From assembly GCA_963840165.1 (NCBI GenBank), contig CAWIXT010000006.1, positions 646,680 to 710,679 of the forward strand: a stretch of DNA of 64,000 bases. The letters run 5' to 3'. Positions within the stretch are counted from its first letter, which is position 1, and each line of letters begins with the position of its first letter. This stretch comes from an uncultured Gemmatimonadales bacterium (GTDB lineage Bacteria > Gemmatimonadota > Gemmatimonadetes > Gemmatimonadales > GWC2-71-9). The position numbers and the translations under genes are program-made. The notes under the pieces are model-generated. The model worked only from the letters and a program-made list of their open reading frames with translations, did no database searches and was not told the origin of the DNA. This document shows, piece by piece, positions 1 through 9,658 of this stretch.

Positions 1-2
1 TG

Positions 3-137
3 GTCTATGGTCTGGGACAGGTCCCCAACTCGATCTGGTGGGGCAAGCCGTGGAGGAACACCGCGAAGGATCTGCTGGACGGACTGGTTTACGGGCTGGT
101 GACGGCAGGGACGTTTGGGTGGCTATGGCCTAACTAA
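3..137 (+). CDS. 3' end of a gene starting left of the window; hydrophobic/aromatic C-terminus, probable membrane protein
   Basis: Frame 3 reads VYGLGQVPNSIWWGKPWRNTAKDLLDGLVYGLVTAGTFGWLWPN* with a stop at 135-137. It is followed directly by a hairpin. No homology check was possible. Confidence 0.35.
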   Translation, partial: VYGLGQVPNSIWWGKPWRNTAKDLLDGLVYGLVTAGTFGWLWPN

Positions 138-200
138 GGGGACAGAGGGACAGCGTTCTGGCACTGCTGTCCCCCTGACCCGCTGCCCCGCTGTCCCGCT
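138..200. terminator. Inverted repeat built from GGGACAG / CTGTCCC words between two convergent genes
   Basis: GGGGACAGAGGGACAGCG (138-155) faces TGCTGTCCCCCTG...CGCTGTCCCGC (165-199). It lies between the stop at 137 (+) and the stop at 199 (-). Confidence 0.5.
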
Positions 201-1652
201 AGTTGGCTGAGGGCGAGCTGCCGCCCAGAGCCTTGTACAGCGCGGCGTAGGCCGTCGCTGCTTCGGTGCGTCCCTGCGCCAGCTGATCCTGCGCCTCGAG
301 CTGAGTGCGCTCCGCGTCCAGCACCTGAAGGAAGTCGGCCACGCCGCCGGAGAACCGGGCCCGCGCCAGCTCCGCCGCCCGCTCGCTGGCCGAGGCCGCG
401 TCCTCGATCCGCGTCCACCCGGGCGCGGGAGGTCCGGTAGCGCGACAGCGACGTCTCCACATCCTGCAGCGCCAGCAGCACCGTCTGGTCGTACTGCGCC
501 CGCGCCTCCGACTTCGCGGGCCCGTGACGCGTCCACCCGCGCCTTCACCCGGCCCAGGTTGAGCGCCGGCCAGGAGATGATCGGGTCCGACCGCGTAGCG
601 GAAGGTGCCCCCGTCGCCCAGGGCGTCGAAGCCCGGAGCGGTGTAGCCGAGCGCTCCCGCCCAGGTCAGATCCGGGGCAGGTACTCCGCCTTGGCCGCTC
701 CCACCAGCGCCCGCTCGACCGCCAGCCGGCGCTCCGCGGCGGCCACGTCCGGTCTCCTGAGAATCACCGAGTCGGGGCGAGCCAGCGTCCCGATCGCCGG
801 GAAGCGCCGGCAGCGTGGCGACGGCGGCCAGCTCCGCGGCAACCGCGGCCGGCGGGCGGCCCACCAGGACGCCGATCTGGTACTGCGCCTGAGCCACCCG
901 CGACTCCAGCAGCGGAACGGTCGCGAGCGTGAAGCTGAGCTGGGCCTGCGCCCGCTCGGTGTCGAAGGCGGTGCCCCGGCCGGCCTCGAGCCGCTGCCGG
1001 GTCACCTCCAGCGTCCGCGCTGGTTCTCCGCGTTCCGCTGCGCCACCGAGAGCTGCTCCTGCGACCCACGCAGGTCGAAGTAGGCCCGCGCCAGCTCGGC
1101 GGTGAGCGAGACCTGGACGTCGCGCAGATCCTTCCTGCGCCACCTCCACGAATGCGCCCTGCGCCTGAACGTTCCGCCGGACACGGCCGAACAGGTCCAG
1201 CTCCCAGGAGGCATCGAAGCCGCCGTCCCAGATGTCCTGGTCCGGAAACGCGGCTCCACGCCGATCGGGAAAGGTCGCGCTCGAGAGCCGCTGCCGGGTG
1301 TACCCGCCGCCGACGGTGACTGTCGGCGCCAGGTCGAACGCCACCTCGGTCCGGGCCGAGCGGGCGCCGCGCACCCGCGCCTCAGCCGCGCGGACGTCGA
1401 GATTGGCGCCGAATCGCTTCGCGGATGAGCCGGGTCAGCGTGGTGTCGCCCAGCGCCCAGCCAGGCAGCCTCCACCGGAAGCAACGTGTCCGTGGCGCTC
1501 GGCTCGGGCTGACCACCGCGGGTGGGACACTATCCGGCGTCTCCCGGAAGGCCGCCGGGACAGCTACCTCGGGGGGGCGGTACGCCGGGGCGCGCACAGC
1601 CGACCAACAGCAGCGAGAGCAGCACGAGCACCGCGTTATACATGTTTGGCAT
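199..1652 (-). pseudogene. RND efflux outer-membrane factor lipoprotein (NodT/OprM-like), interrupted by about 9 frameshifts
   Basis: The lipobox start MPNMYNAVLVLLSLLLVGC is at 1652. Recognisable OMF segments (LGDTTLTRLIREAIRR / NLDVRAAEARVRGARSARTEV / DLRDVQVSLTAELARAYFDLRGSQEQL / TLEVTRQRLEAGRGTAFD / RPDVAAAERRLAVERALVGAAKAEYLPRI / LLALQDVETSLSRY / ...AYAALYKALGG) are spread over all three minus-strand frames. One shift sits at a G7 run (1571-1577). Confidence 0.75.
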
Positions 1653-4600
1653 CCTTGTCATGAGCCGGCTCGAGCGCGAACTGTCGCGCCGCCGGGGCCC
1701 TGCGCTCGACCAGCCCTTGAATCACCACGTAGAACACCGGCGTCAGCACCAGCCCGAAGAAGGTGACGCCGAGCATTCCCGCGAACACCGCGACGCCCAT
1801 GGCGTGCCGCATCTCGGCGCCGGCGCCGCTGGAGAACACCAGCGGCAGCACGCCCATGATGAAGGCGAGCGACGTCATCAGGATGGGGCGGAGCCGGATC
1901 CGGCAGGCCTCCAGCGCCGCCTCCACCCGGGATTTGCCCTGGAGGTGAAGCTCGCGGGCGAACTCGACGATCAGGATCGCGTTCTTGCACGCCAGCCCGA
2001 TGAGCACCAGGAAGCCGATCTGGGTGAAGATGTTGTTGTCGCCCTTGGTGAGCCACACGCCGCCGATGGCGCACAGCAGCGACATCGGGACGATGAGGAT
2101 GACCGCGAGCGGCAGCGACCAGCTCTCGTACTGCGCCGCGAGCACCAGGAAGACCAGCAGGACGCACAGCGGGAAGATGAACACCGCGGTGTTGCCGGAC
2201 AGCTTCTGCTGGTAGGTCAGGTCGGTCCACTCGTAGCCGATCCCGTTCGGCAGCACGTCGCGCATGATGCCTTCGATGGTCTGCTCGGCCTGGCCGGAGC
2301 TGAAGCCCGGCGCCGGACCACCGTTGATGTCGGCCGACGGATACCCGTTGTACCGGACCGCCTGGTCGGGGCCGTGCGACTGCTTCACCGTGATCACCGA
2401 TCCCAGCGGCATCATCGCGCCCTGCGCGTTCCGCACCTTGAGCTGGGCGATGTTCTCGGCCGTGGCCCGGAACTGCGCGTCGGCCTGCACCTTCACCTGG
2501 TAGGTGCGGCCGAACTTGTTGAAGTCGTTCACGTACACCGACCCGAGATAGGCCTGCATGGTCTGGAACAGGTCGGTGAGGACGATGCCTTGCCTGCTTC
2601 ACCTTGTCCCGGTCCACCTCGACATCGAGCTGCGGCACGTTGATGCGGTAGCCGCTGAAGACCCCGGCCAGCTCGGGCGACTGATACGCCCGGCCGAGGA
2701 GCGCCTGGGTGGCGTCGTTGAGCGCGGCTCTCACCCAGGCCGGCGCGGTCCTCCAGCTGCAGCTTGAATCCGCCCACCTGGCCCAGGCCGTTCACCGGCG
2801 GCGGCGGGAAGACGGCCACGAAGGCCTCCTGAATGCCGGCGAACTTGGCGTTGAGCGCGTCCGCGATGTTGAGGCCGTACTCCTCCTTCCCGTGCCGCTC
2901 GTCGAACGGTTTGAGGGTGAAGAAGATGATGCCCGCGTTGGGGGCGTTCACGAAGCCGTTGATCGAGAGGCCGGGGAACTGCACCGCGTTCTCGACGCCC
3001 GGCTGCTCGCTCCCGATCTCGGCCATCTGACGGATGACCTTCTCGGTCCGATCGAGCGTGGCCGCGTCGGGCAGCTGGGCGAAGGCGACGAGGTACTGCT
3101 TGTCCTGGGTCGGCACGAAGCCGCTCGGGACCTGGTTGAAGCCGAACCAGGTCAGCGCCAGGAGACCGGCGTACACGGCCAGGGCGATGCCGCTCTTCCG
3201 GATCACCCGGTTCACGGCCGAGCCGTACCCGGCCGAGCCGCGGGCGAAGACCCGGTTGAACGGCCGGAAGAGCCAGCCCAGCCCGCGATCCAGCCAGCGG
3301 GTAAGGCGGTCCGGCGGCGCGCCGTGCGGCTGGAGCAGGATCGCGCTGAGCGCCGGCGACAGGGTGAGCGAGTTGATCGCGGAGATGACGGTCGAGAAGG
3401 CGATGGTCAGCGCGAACTGGCGGTAGAACTCGCCGGTCAGGCCGCTCAGGAACGCCACCGGCACGAACACGGCGCACAGCACCAGGCTGATGGCGACGAT
3501 GGGCCGGCTCACCTCGTCCATCGCCTTGTGGGCGGCGTCGCGCGGCGAGAGGCCGGCCTCGATGTTGCGCTCCACGTTCTCCACCACCACGATGGCGTCG
3601 TCCACCACGATGCCGATGGCCAGCACCAGCCCGAACAGCGACAGCGTGTTGATCGAGAACCCGAAGGCCAGCAGGATGGCGAAGGTGCCCACGATCGACA
3701 CCGGCACCGCCACCAGCGGAATGATCGAGGCGCGCCAGGTCTGGAGGAACAGCACCACCACCAGCACCACGAGCAGGATCGCCTCGAACAGCGTGATCAC
3801 CACCTCCCGGATGCCGTCCCGCACGTTGACGGTCGGGTCGTAGACGATCCGGTACTCCACTCCCTCGGGGAAGTTCTGCCTTCAGCTCGTCCATGGTGGC
3901 GCGAACGGTGGTCGAGAGCTGCAGCGCATTCGAGCCCGGCGCCTGGAAGATGCCGATGCCGACGGCCTCCTTCCCGTCCAGCAGCGAGCGGAGCGCGTAG
4001 TCGCCCGCGGCCAGCTCGAGCCGGGCGACGTCGCGGAGGCGGGTGATCTCGCCGCCCGCGCCGGTCTTGAGGATGATGTTGCCGAACTCTTCCTCGTTGG
4101 TCAGGCGGCCCGCGCGCATTGATGGTGAGCTGATAGTCCACCGGCACCGGCATCGGCGGCGCGCCGACCACGCCGGCGGCCACCTGGACGTTCTGCTCCC
4201 GTATGGCGTTGACCACGTCGGTCGCGGCCAGACCACGGGCGGCGACCTTGCCCGGGTCGAGCCAGACCCGCATGGAATAGTCGCCGCCGCCGAAGACCTG
4301 CACCTGGCCGATGCCCGGGATCCGGGCCACGACGTCCTTGACCTGCAGCAGGGCGTAGTTCCGGAGGTAGGTGATGTCGTAGCGGTTGTCCGGCGACAGG
4401 AGGTGCACCACCATGATGAAGTTGGGCGAGCTCTTGACCGTGGTGACGCCGAGCTGGCGGACTTCCTCGGGCAGGCGCGGCAGCGCCTGGGCCACCCGGT
4501 TCTGCACCTGCACCTGCGCCAGGTCGACGTCGGTGCCGACCCGGAAGGTCACGGTGAGCGTGAGGACGCCGTCCGAGGTGGACTGCGACGACATGTAGAG

Positions 4601-4831
4601 CATGTTCTCGACCCCATTGATCTGCTCCTCCAATGGGGTGGCGACGGCTTCGGAGAGCACCCGCGGGTTGGCGCCGGGATAGACGGCCCGCACCACGACC
4701 GAGGGGGGCACGACCTCCGGGTACTCGCTGATGGGCAGCGCGAACATCGCGATGCCGCCGGCGAGAAAGATCACGATCGAGAGCACGGCCGCGAAAATCG
4801 GCCGGTCGATGAAGAAGCGGGAGAATTGCAT
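1636..4831 (-). pseudogene. RND inner-membrane efflux transporter (AcrB/HAE1-like), at least 4 frameshifts
   Basis: The N-terminus MQFSRFFIDRPIFAAVLSIVIFLAG starts at 4831. The protein continues through ORFs 3797-5002, 2731-4236, 2529-3860, 1658-2734 and 1636-2559 in different frames. Each fragment is a clean AcrB-like segment. Confidence 0.8.
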
Positions 4832-4863
4832 CGGTCTAGCGCTCCGCGGCCGGTGCAGCGGAA

Positions 4864-6015
4864 TCAGGCACCATCGCGCCGACGCGTGGGAGTCACCTTC
4901 ATGCCGGGCCGGACCCGCATCAGGCCGTTCACCACGATGCGCTCCCCCGGCTTGAGCGCCGGAGGTGACGATGCGGAGGCCGTCGATCAGCCGGCCCGGC
5001 ACGACCGGCCGGTAGGCCAGCGTGTCGCCCGGGCCCGACCACCAGCACGAACTTGCGGTCCTGGTCGGTGCCGATGGCGGCGTCGCGAACCAGTGTCGCG
5101 TTCGTCTTCTCGGTGCCCACCAGCTTGACGCGGGCGAAGAGGCCCGGCGTCAGGGCCCGGGCGCGGTTGGAGAAGACCGCGCGGGTCCGGATCGTTCCGG
5201 TCTCGGGATCGACCTGGTTGTCCACGAAGTCGAGGCGGCCCTCGTGCGGGAAAGCCGGACTCGTTGGCGAGCCCGAGAAAGACCGGCAGCCGCGCGGTCC
5301 GCCAGTTGGTCCCGCCCGACTCCCTGGCCCGGCCGGCGTAGCGGAGATAGGTCTGCTCGTCACTGTCGAAGTAGAGATACATCGAGTCCACCGAGACGAC
5401 GGTGGTCAGCACCGGACCCGTCCGGCGGCCCGGCCTGCACCAGGTTGCCCTCGGTGACCAGCGCGTTGCTCACCCGGCCGGCAATCGGAGAGCGGACCTT
5501 GGTCCACTCCAGATTGAGCCGAGCGGTCTCCACCGCCGCCTCCGCGGCGCGGACCCGGCGCGCCACCCTGGACCTCGGCGCTGGTCCGGCTGTCGAACTC
5601 CTCCCGCGAGATCGCCTGCATCGTCCACCAGCGTGCCGGCCCGCTGCACTTCACTCTTCGCCAGCGCCGCAGCCGAGCGGGCGCTCTCCAGCTCGGCCTC
5701 CACCCGGGCCAGCTCGGCCTCATAGGGACGCGGATCGATCTCGAACAGGACCTCGCCCTTCTTCACCTCTCGGCCTTCGGTGAAGGCCACCCGTCTGATG
5801 TAACCGGAGACCCGGGGACGGATCTCCACCTGGTCCACGGCCTCGAGCCGTCCGGTGAACTCGTCCCACTCGGTGACCGCCTGCTCGGGCACTGCGGCCA
5901 CCGTTACCGCCTGAGGGGGAGGAGCATCAGCTGGCGGCTTGGTGGTGCCGCCCAAGGTGAGACCGCCGAGCAGGAGGGCACTGGAGACTGCCAGCACGAT
6001 GATGACGGTACGCAT
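4864..6015 (-). pseudogene. RND membrane fusion (periplasmic adaptor) protein, at least 5 frameshifts
   Basis: Starts with MRTVIIVLAVSSALLLGG at 6015. Segments ...EIDPRPYEAELARVEAELE / AISREEFDSRTSA / AEAAVETARLNLEWTKVRSPIAGRVSN / VLTTVVSVDSMYLYFDSDEQ / GRLDFVDNQVDPETGTIRTRAVF / LKPGERIVVNGLMRVRPGMKV lie in alternating frames. The stop is at 4864-4866. Confidence 0.75.
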
Positions 6016-6066
6016 GGGGACCTGTCCTCGACTCAGTAAGACATTCGGTCGGCCGTTATTGACCTT

Positions 6067-6158
6067 CCGGTAGGTAGCTAGTATCATACCTACCGGTAGG
6101 TATGTCAATACCGTGTGCGTCGCGATACAATTTTGTTATATATTCCTGCCGGTAGGTC
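6067..6158. promoter_or_regulatory. Candidate TetR operator cluster in the divergent efflux/tetR promoter region
   Basis: CCGGTAGGTA occurs at 6067-6076. TACCTACCGGTAGGTA at 6087-6102 is a perfect 16-bp palindrome. CCGGTAGGTC occurs at 6149-6158. An AT-rich stretch TTGTTATATATT lies between them. Confidence 0.55.
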
Positions 6159-6182
6159 AGGCCGCATATCGAGAAGGGGCAA

Positions 6183-6866
6183 ATGGATACAGCAGCGAAT
6201 CAGAGCCATCCCGGGGTCGATTCCCGACCCTTGCGACAACGGCAGCGGCCCGAGGAGCGCAAGGAAGCGATCCTGGACGCGGCCCTGGCGACCTTCTCCG
6301 ATCTGGGGTACAACCAGGCCACCCTGAACGACGTAGCCGACCGCCTTGGGGTCACCAAGGGCTGTCTCTACCACTACTTCGAGTCGAAGGAGAAGCTCCT
6401 GGTAGACCTCATCCGCGACCGGATGGGCTCGGCTGTGGTGTCCGATGACGGCGACGAGGCGGTGGTGAAGGCAGGGGGTACCCGGGAAGAGGTGCTGCGG
6501 GGGCTGCTCGAGCGGATCTGGCAACGTCTCCATCAGCCGGGGCAGGCCGACGTGGCCATCCTGGCGATGACGGAGCTACCGAAGGTACCGGAGGGCGGCC
6601 GGCTGGTGTTCGATGAAGTCGTATGTCGCAGCCGGGAGAGCCTGCATCAGCTGCTGGAGGAAGGTCGGTACTGCGAAGACATCACGAAAGAGGACATCGA
6701 GCGGGCTGCCCGGGTGGTTCCACTGATGATCATGGGCGTGGCTCTGGGAACCCGGGTGTTCCGCTCGATGGACCCGGTTCAGCTCTCGGTCGATCAGGTC
6801 GGTAAGACCGTCACCGACATCCTCATGTACGGGTTACTGGGTACCTGCCCCTGCGATGAGGGGTGA
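6183..6866 (+). CDS. TetR/AcrR family transcriptional regulator (intact)
   Basis: N-terminal HTH KEAILDAALATFSDLGYNQATLNDVADRLGVTKGCLYHYFESKEKLL. It is divergent from the efflux operon. Confidence 0.85.
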   Translation: MDTAANQSHPGVDSRPLRQRQRPEERKEAILDAALATFSDLGYNQATLNDVADRLGVTKGCLYHYFESKEKLLVDLIRDRMGSAVVSDDGDEAVVKAGGTREEVLRGLLERIWQRLHQPGQADVAILAMTELPKVPEGGRLVFDEVVCRSRESLHQLLEEGRYCEDITKEDIERAARVVPLMIMGVALGTRVFRSMDPVQLSVDQVGKTVTDILMYGLLGTCPCDEG

Positions 6867-6903
6867 GGACGGGCGGACGGGGCGACACAGAATCTGATTC
6901 ACC

Positions 6904-6992
6904 TGTCATCCTGAGCGAAGCGAAGGATCTACTCGGCTGCTCTGAATCAGCCTGGTAAGATCCTTCGGTCGTTTCACTCCCTCAGGATGAAC
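6904..6992. repeat. REP-like palindromic element (GTCATCCTGAGCGAAGCGAAGGATCT family)
   Basis: Left arm GTCATCCTGAGCGAAGCGAAGGATCT (6904-6930), right arm AGATCCTTCGG...CCCTCAGGATGAAC (6958-6992). Related copies lie at 10571-10659 and about 31126-31180. Confidence 0.6.
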
Positions 6993-6993
6993 A

Positions 6994-7281
6994 CTACTCC
7001 TGGTTCACCGGCTCCCGTCGTTCCGCGAGCAATCGCTCGGTGAAATCCAGCCGCTCTTCGAGCTCGCTCACCCGCGTCTCCAGTGAATCTATGTACTGCT
7101 GCTGGTCGCCCTGGGCCTGCCGGGCCAGCTTTCTCGCCTTGCGCGGAGAGTAGAACTCGCCCGAGTCATACCAGCCGCTGGTGGCTCCCGCCATTCTCCT
7201 GCCCTCCCGTCTCTGCCAGTGCCGCACGATCATCCAGATGACGAACATCCAGAACACGAATCCGAAGAAGCCCATCGTCAA
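6994..7281 (-). CDS. Small membrane protein (one N-terminal TM helix plus a C-terminal coiled-coil segment), PspB-like architecture
   Basis: MTMGFFGFVFWMFVIWMIVRHW followed by ...IDSLETRVSELEERLDFTERLL. It starts 12 nt downstream of padR, so an operon is likely. Confidence 0.55.
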   Translation of the reverse strand: MTMGFFGFVFWMFVIWMIVRHWQRREGRRMAGATSGWYDSGEFYSPRKARKLARQAQGDQQQYIDSLETRVSELEERLDFTERLLAERREPVNQE

Positions 7282-7292
7282 TCTCCCGATTG

Positions 7293-7895
7293 TCAGCCCT
7301 TGGCTGTCCCGCTGTCCCCCTGTCCCCCTGTCCTCAATGCATCCTCAATCTCGTCGCCCGCTTTACGCAGGATCTCGGCGACACGTTTCAAAGCGGGATC
7401 ATCCGGCCCCCTCCGCCATGCCTTCTTGAAGGTGACCGCCGCCAGGTGCGCGAAGGCGCCCTGCACCTCGCCGATCCCGCCGCCGGTGAAGTCCCGCACC
7501 GTCTCGCGCACCCGGTCCAGGATCTCATCCAGCAGGTCGCGGTGCTCCTCCAGATAGCGTTCGCCCTCGGGGGTGACGTGATAGACCTTCTTGCCCTCGG
7601 TGTCCACCGCCCGGACGTACCCCTCGTCCTCCAGCAACTGGAGCGTGGGGTAAACGGTGCCGGCAGACGGGGTGTAGCAGCCGGCCATCTTCTCCTCCAG
7701 CGCCTTGATGATCTCGTAGCCGTGGCGGGGCTTTTCCTTGAGCAGGCGGAGGATGACGAACTTGACCTCTCCCGACTCGAACATCTGGGAACGCCGCCGG
7801 GAACCCCGTCCACCCGTGTTGAACACCCCGGACCACATCTTGGAGCCGAACGGGAACCCCGGGCCGAAGCCCCAATCGTCTCGTGGGTTACACAT
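7293..7895 (-). CDS. PadR family transcriptional regulator with a Gly-rich N-terminal extension
   Basis: Winged-helix core VKFVILRLLKEKPRHGYEIIKALEEKMAGCYTPSAGTVYPTLQLLEDEGYV. The C-terminal tail GGQGDSGTAKG is encoded by GGGACAG-type repeat words (7300-7340). Confidence 0.85.
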   Translation of the reverse strand: MCNPRDDWGFGPGFPFGSKMWSGVFNTGGRGSRRRSQMFESGEVKFVILRLLKEKPRHGYEIIKALEEKMAGCYTPSAGTVYPTLQLLEDEGYVRAVDTEGKKVYHVTPEGERYLEEHRDLLDEILDRVRETVRDFTGGGIGEVQGAFAHLAAVTFKKAWRRGPDDPALKRVAEILRKAGDEIEDALRTGGQGDSGTAKG

Positions 7896-7926
7896 GTGAG
7901 AACCTCCGATACACCGTGAAAGCTAA

Positions 7927-7955
7927 CGTACGATATATCGTACGGAATAACGTAC
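7927..7955. promoter_or_regulatory. Perfect 18-bp palindrome plus an extra half-site; candidate PadR operator
   Basis: CGTACGATATATCGTACG (7927-7944) equals its own reverse complement. AACGTAC recurs at 7925-7931 and 7949-7955. It lies 32 nt upstream of the padR start, in the divergent region shared with the 8216 gene. Confidence 0.6.
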
Positions 7956-8091
7956 CCGACGTCAAGAGGCCTCCCTTCCCAGCAGTCATCGCGAGCGGTC
8001 GTCCGATCTACGATCACGCACGCGATCGGGGGGGATTGCTTCGGCACTGCCTGCCTCGCAAGGACTAATGCACCAACCGCCGACACGCCCT

Positions 8092-8112
8092 CTCACTTGA
8101 TACTCACTTGAT
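8092..8112 (+). repeat. Tandem direct repeat CTCACTTGAT(A/G) x2 upstream of the 8216 gene
   Basis: Read directly: CTCACTTGATA at 8092-8102 and CTCACTTGAT at 8103-8112. It could be a regulator site or overlapping -35-like TTGAT boxes. Confidence 0.35.
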
Positions 8113-8215
8113 GGCCTGCAACAACTTGCACGCCTCGACCAGCGTGAATCCTCCCTGCATCTTTGTCATAGAAGCTCGTGATCGCATCAATAGCAGCAGC
8201 TCGAGCAGGAATCTC

Positions 8216-9658
8216 ATGGCGAAGTCGGTCAAGGATCTCGTTGCCAGAACGATGGGGGCGCAGGAGTCCGCGCCGTCCCGGAGCCAGACCTTTCCTCCCC
8301 TCGATGTCGAACAGATCGCGCGCATGCTGCGGCTCGACGAGCGAGCCGAGAACGCGGGGCGGGCCCGTCTCCCCGCGGCCGACGCCGGCGGGCCCGATGT
8401 GGTCGAGCTGGAGGTGCTGGGGATCATCGAGGAAGCGGCCCGCAAGGCCAACGAGGACTATCTCTCCCAGCGCGACTTCTACGAGGGCCGCATCCGCCGG
8501 GCGGCGATCACGCCCGATCTCAAAGTCCAGCTCGAGGCCGCCGGCGCAAATGCGCTGGCCGACTTCCGGGCCGAGATCATCCACGACCAGAACACGCTTC
8601 ATACTCTGCTTCAGGCTGCAGGCAATCGGGAGGCCGAGTACCAGGAGTTCAGGCAGCGCCACAATCTGAATCGCCTTCCCCGGAACATCTCCCAGGGCCA
8701 GCGGACCTTTGCGTTCCTGGTCCTGGCCGTGTTCGTCATCCTGGAATCGATCCTGAATGGGATGTTCTTCGCCGAGGGCAGCGAGGCCGGTATCATCGGT
8801 GGCGTCATGCAGGCGCTGGTGCTGTCGGTCCTGAACGTAGGCGTGGCCGCACTGTATGCGGTGTACGGTCTGCCGTTCCTGTTTCACCGCAGAATATGGG
8901 GCAAGGCGCTGGGTGCGCTGGCGACAGCGGCATTCGCCGTCTGGCTGGTGGGCCTGAACCTGGCCATCGGCCACTACCGCGATCTCTTCGTCCAGGGCGC
9001 GGGAAGCGTGCAGATGGCGGAGCTGCTGAACCGACTCACCACTGCGCCGCTGCTCCTGGGCGACGCCAAGTCCGGCCTCCTGGTCCTGCTCGGCATGGCC
9101 TTGGGCCTGCTGTCGGTGATAGACGTCGCGGCCGCCCACGATCCCTATCCTGGCTACGGCGCGATCGGCCGGGAGCGGCAGCGCGCCATCGAGCGCTACG
9201 CCCACGAGAACGCCAAGTCGCTGGCTGCCATCATGCGGCTTCGGGACCAGACGGTGGACGACATGACCGCGGCCATCGAGCTGATGCGCTCGGCCCAGTT
9301 CGACATGCAGCAGGCGATCGAAGGGCGCTCCCGGCTGCACCACAACTACCGGGCCTACCTGGAGCACCTGGCCGTGGTGCACGAGCGGCTGATCCAGCGC
9401 TACCGCGAAGGCAACCAGCGGGTCCGCCGGGGGGACGTGCCGGCGTATTTCCGGCAGCCTCCTGCCCGGCCCGCTTTCATAGAGCCCCCGGTGATGCCAC
9501 AGATGCCCGGGCTGGAGCCGGACGTGCGCCCGGAGGTGATCACCCGGATCGACGAGGTCATCAAGGCGGTCAACGAAAAGTTCGATCACACGATTCCGGA
9601 GTACCAGACGGTGGGCCAGCTCGCCAGCGTAGGAGGCAGCTTCAGTGCGGCTTCGTGA
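8216..9658 (+). CDS. Uncharacterised membrane protein: N-terminal coiled-coil region, about 4 TM helices, C-terminal coiled-coil region
   Basis: ATG at 8216 is preceded by AGGA (8207-8210). TM stretches are FAFLVLAVFVILESILNGMFF, IIGGVMQALVLSVLNVGVAALYAVYGLPFLF, ALGALATAAFAVWLVGLNLAIGHY and GLLVLLGMALGLLSVIDVAAA. I recognise no family. Confidence 0.7.
   Translation: MAKSVKDLVARTMGAQESAPSRSQTFPPLDVEQIARMLRLDERAENAGRARLPAADAGGPDVVELEVLGIIEEAARKANEDYLSQRDFYEGRIRRAAITPDLKVQLEAAGANALADFRAEIIHDQNTLHTLLQAAGNREAEYQEFRQRHNLNRLPRNISQGQRTFAFLVLAVFVILESILNGMFFAEGSEAGIIGGVMQALVLSVLNVGVAALYAVYGLPFLFHRRIWGKALGALATAAFAVWLVGLNLAIGHYRDLFVQGAGSVQMAELLNRLTTAPLLLGDAKSGLLVLLGMALGLLSVIDVAAAHDPYPGYGAIGRERQRAIERYAHENAKSLAAIMRLRDQTVDDMTAAIELMRSAQFDMQQAIEGRSRLHHNYRAYLEHLAVVHERLIQRYREGNQRVRRGDVPAYFRQPPARPAFIEPPVMPQMPGLEPDVRPEVITRIDEVIKAVNEKFDHTIPEYQTVGQLASVGGSFSAAS

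Noticed and set aside
6105-6533. 142-aa minus-strand ORF overlapping tetR.
   Set aside because: It is antisense to a well-supported TetR gene and crosses the operator region. It has no recognisable features.
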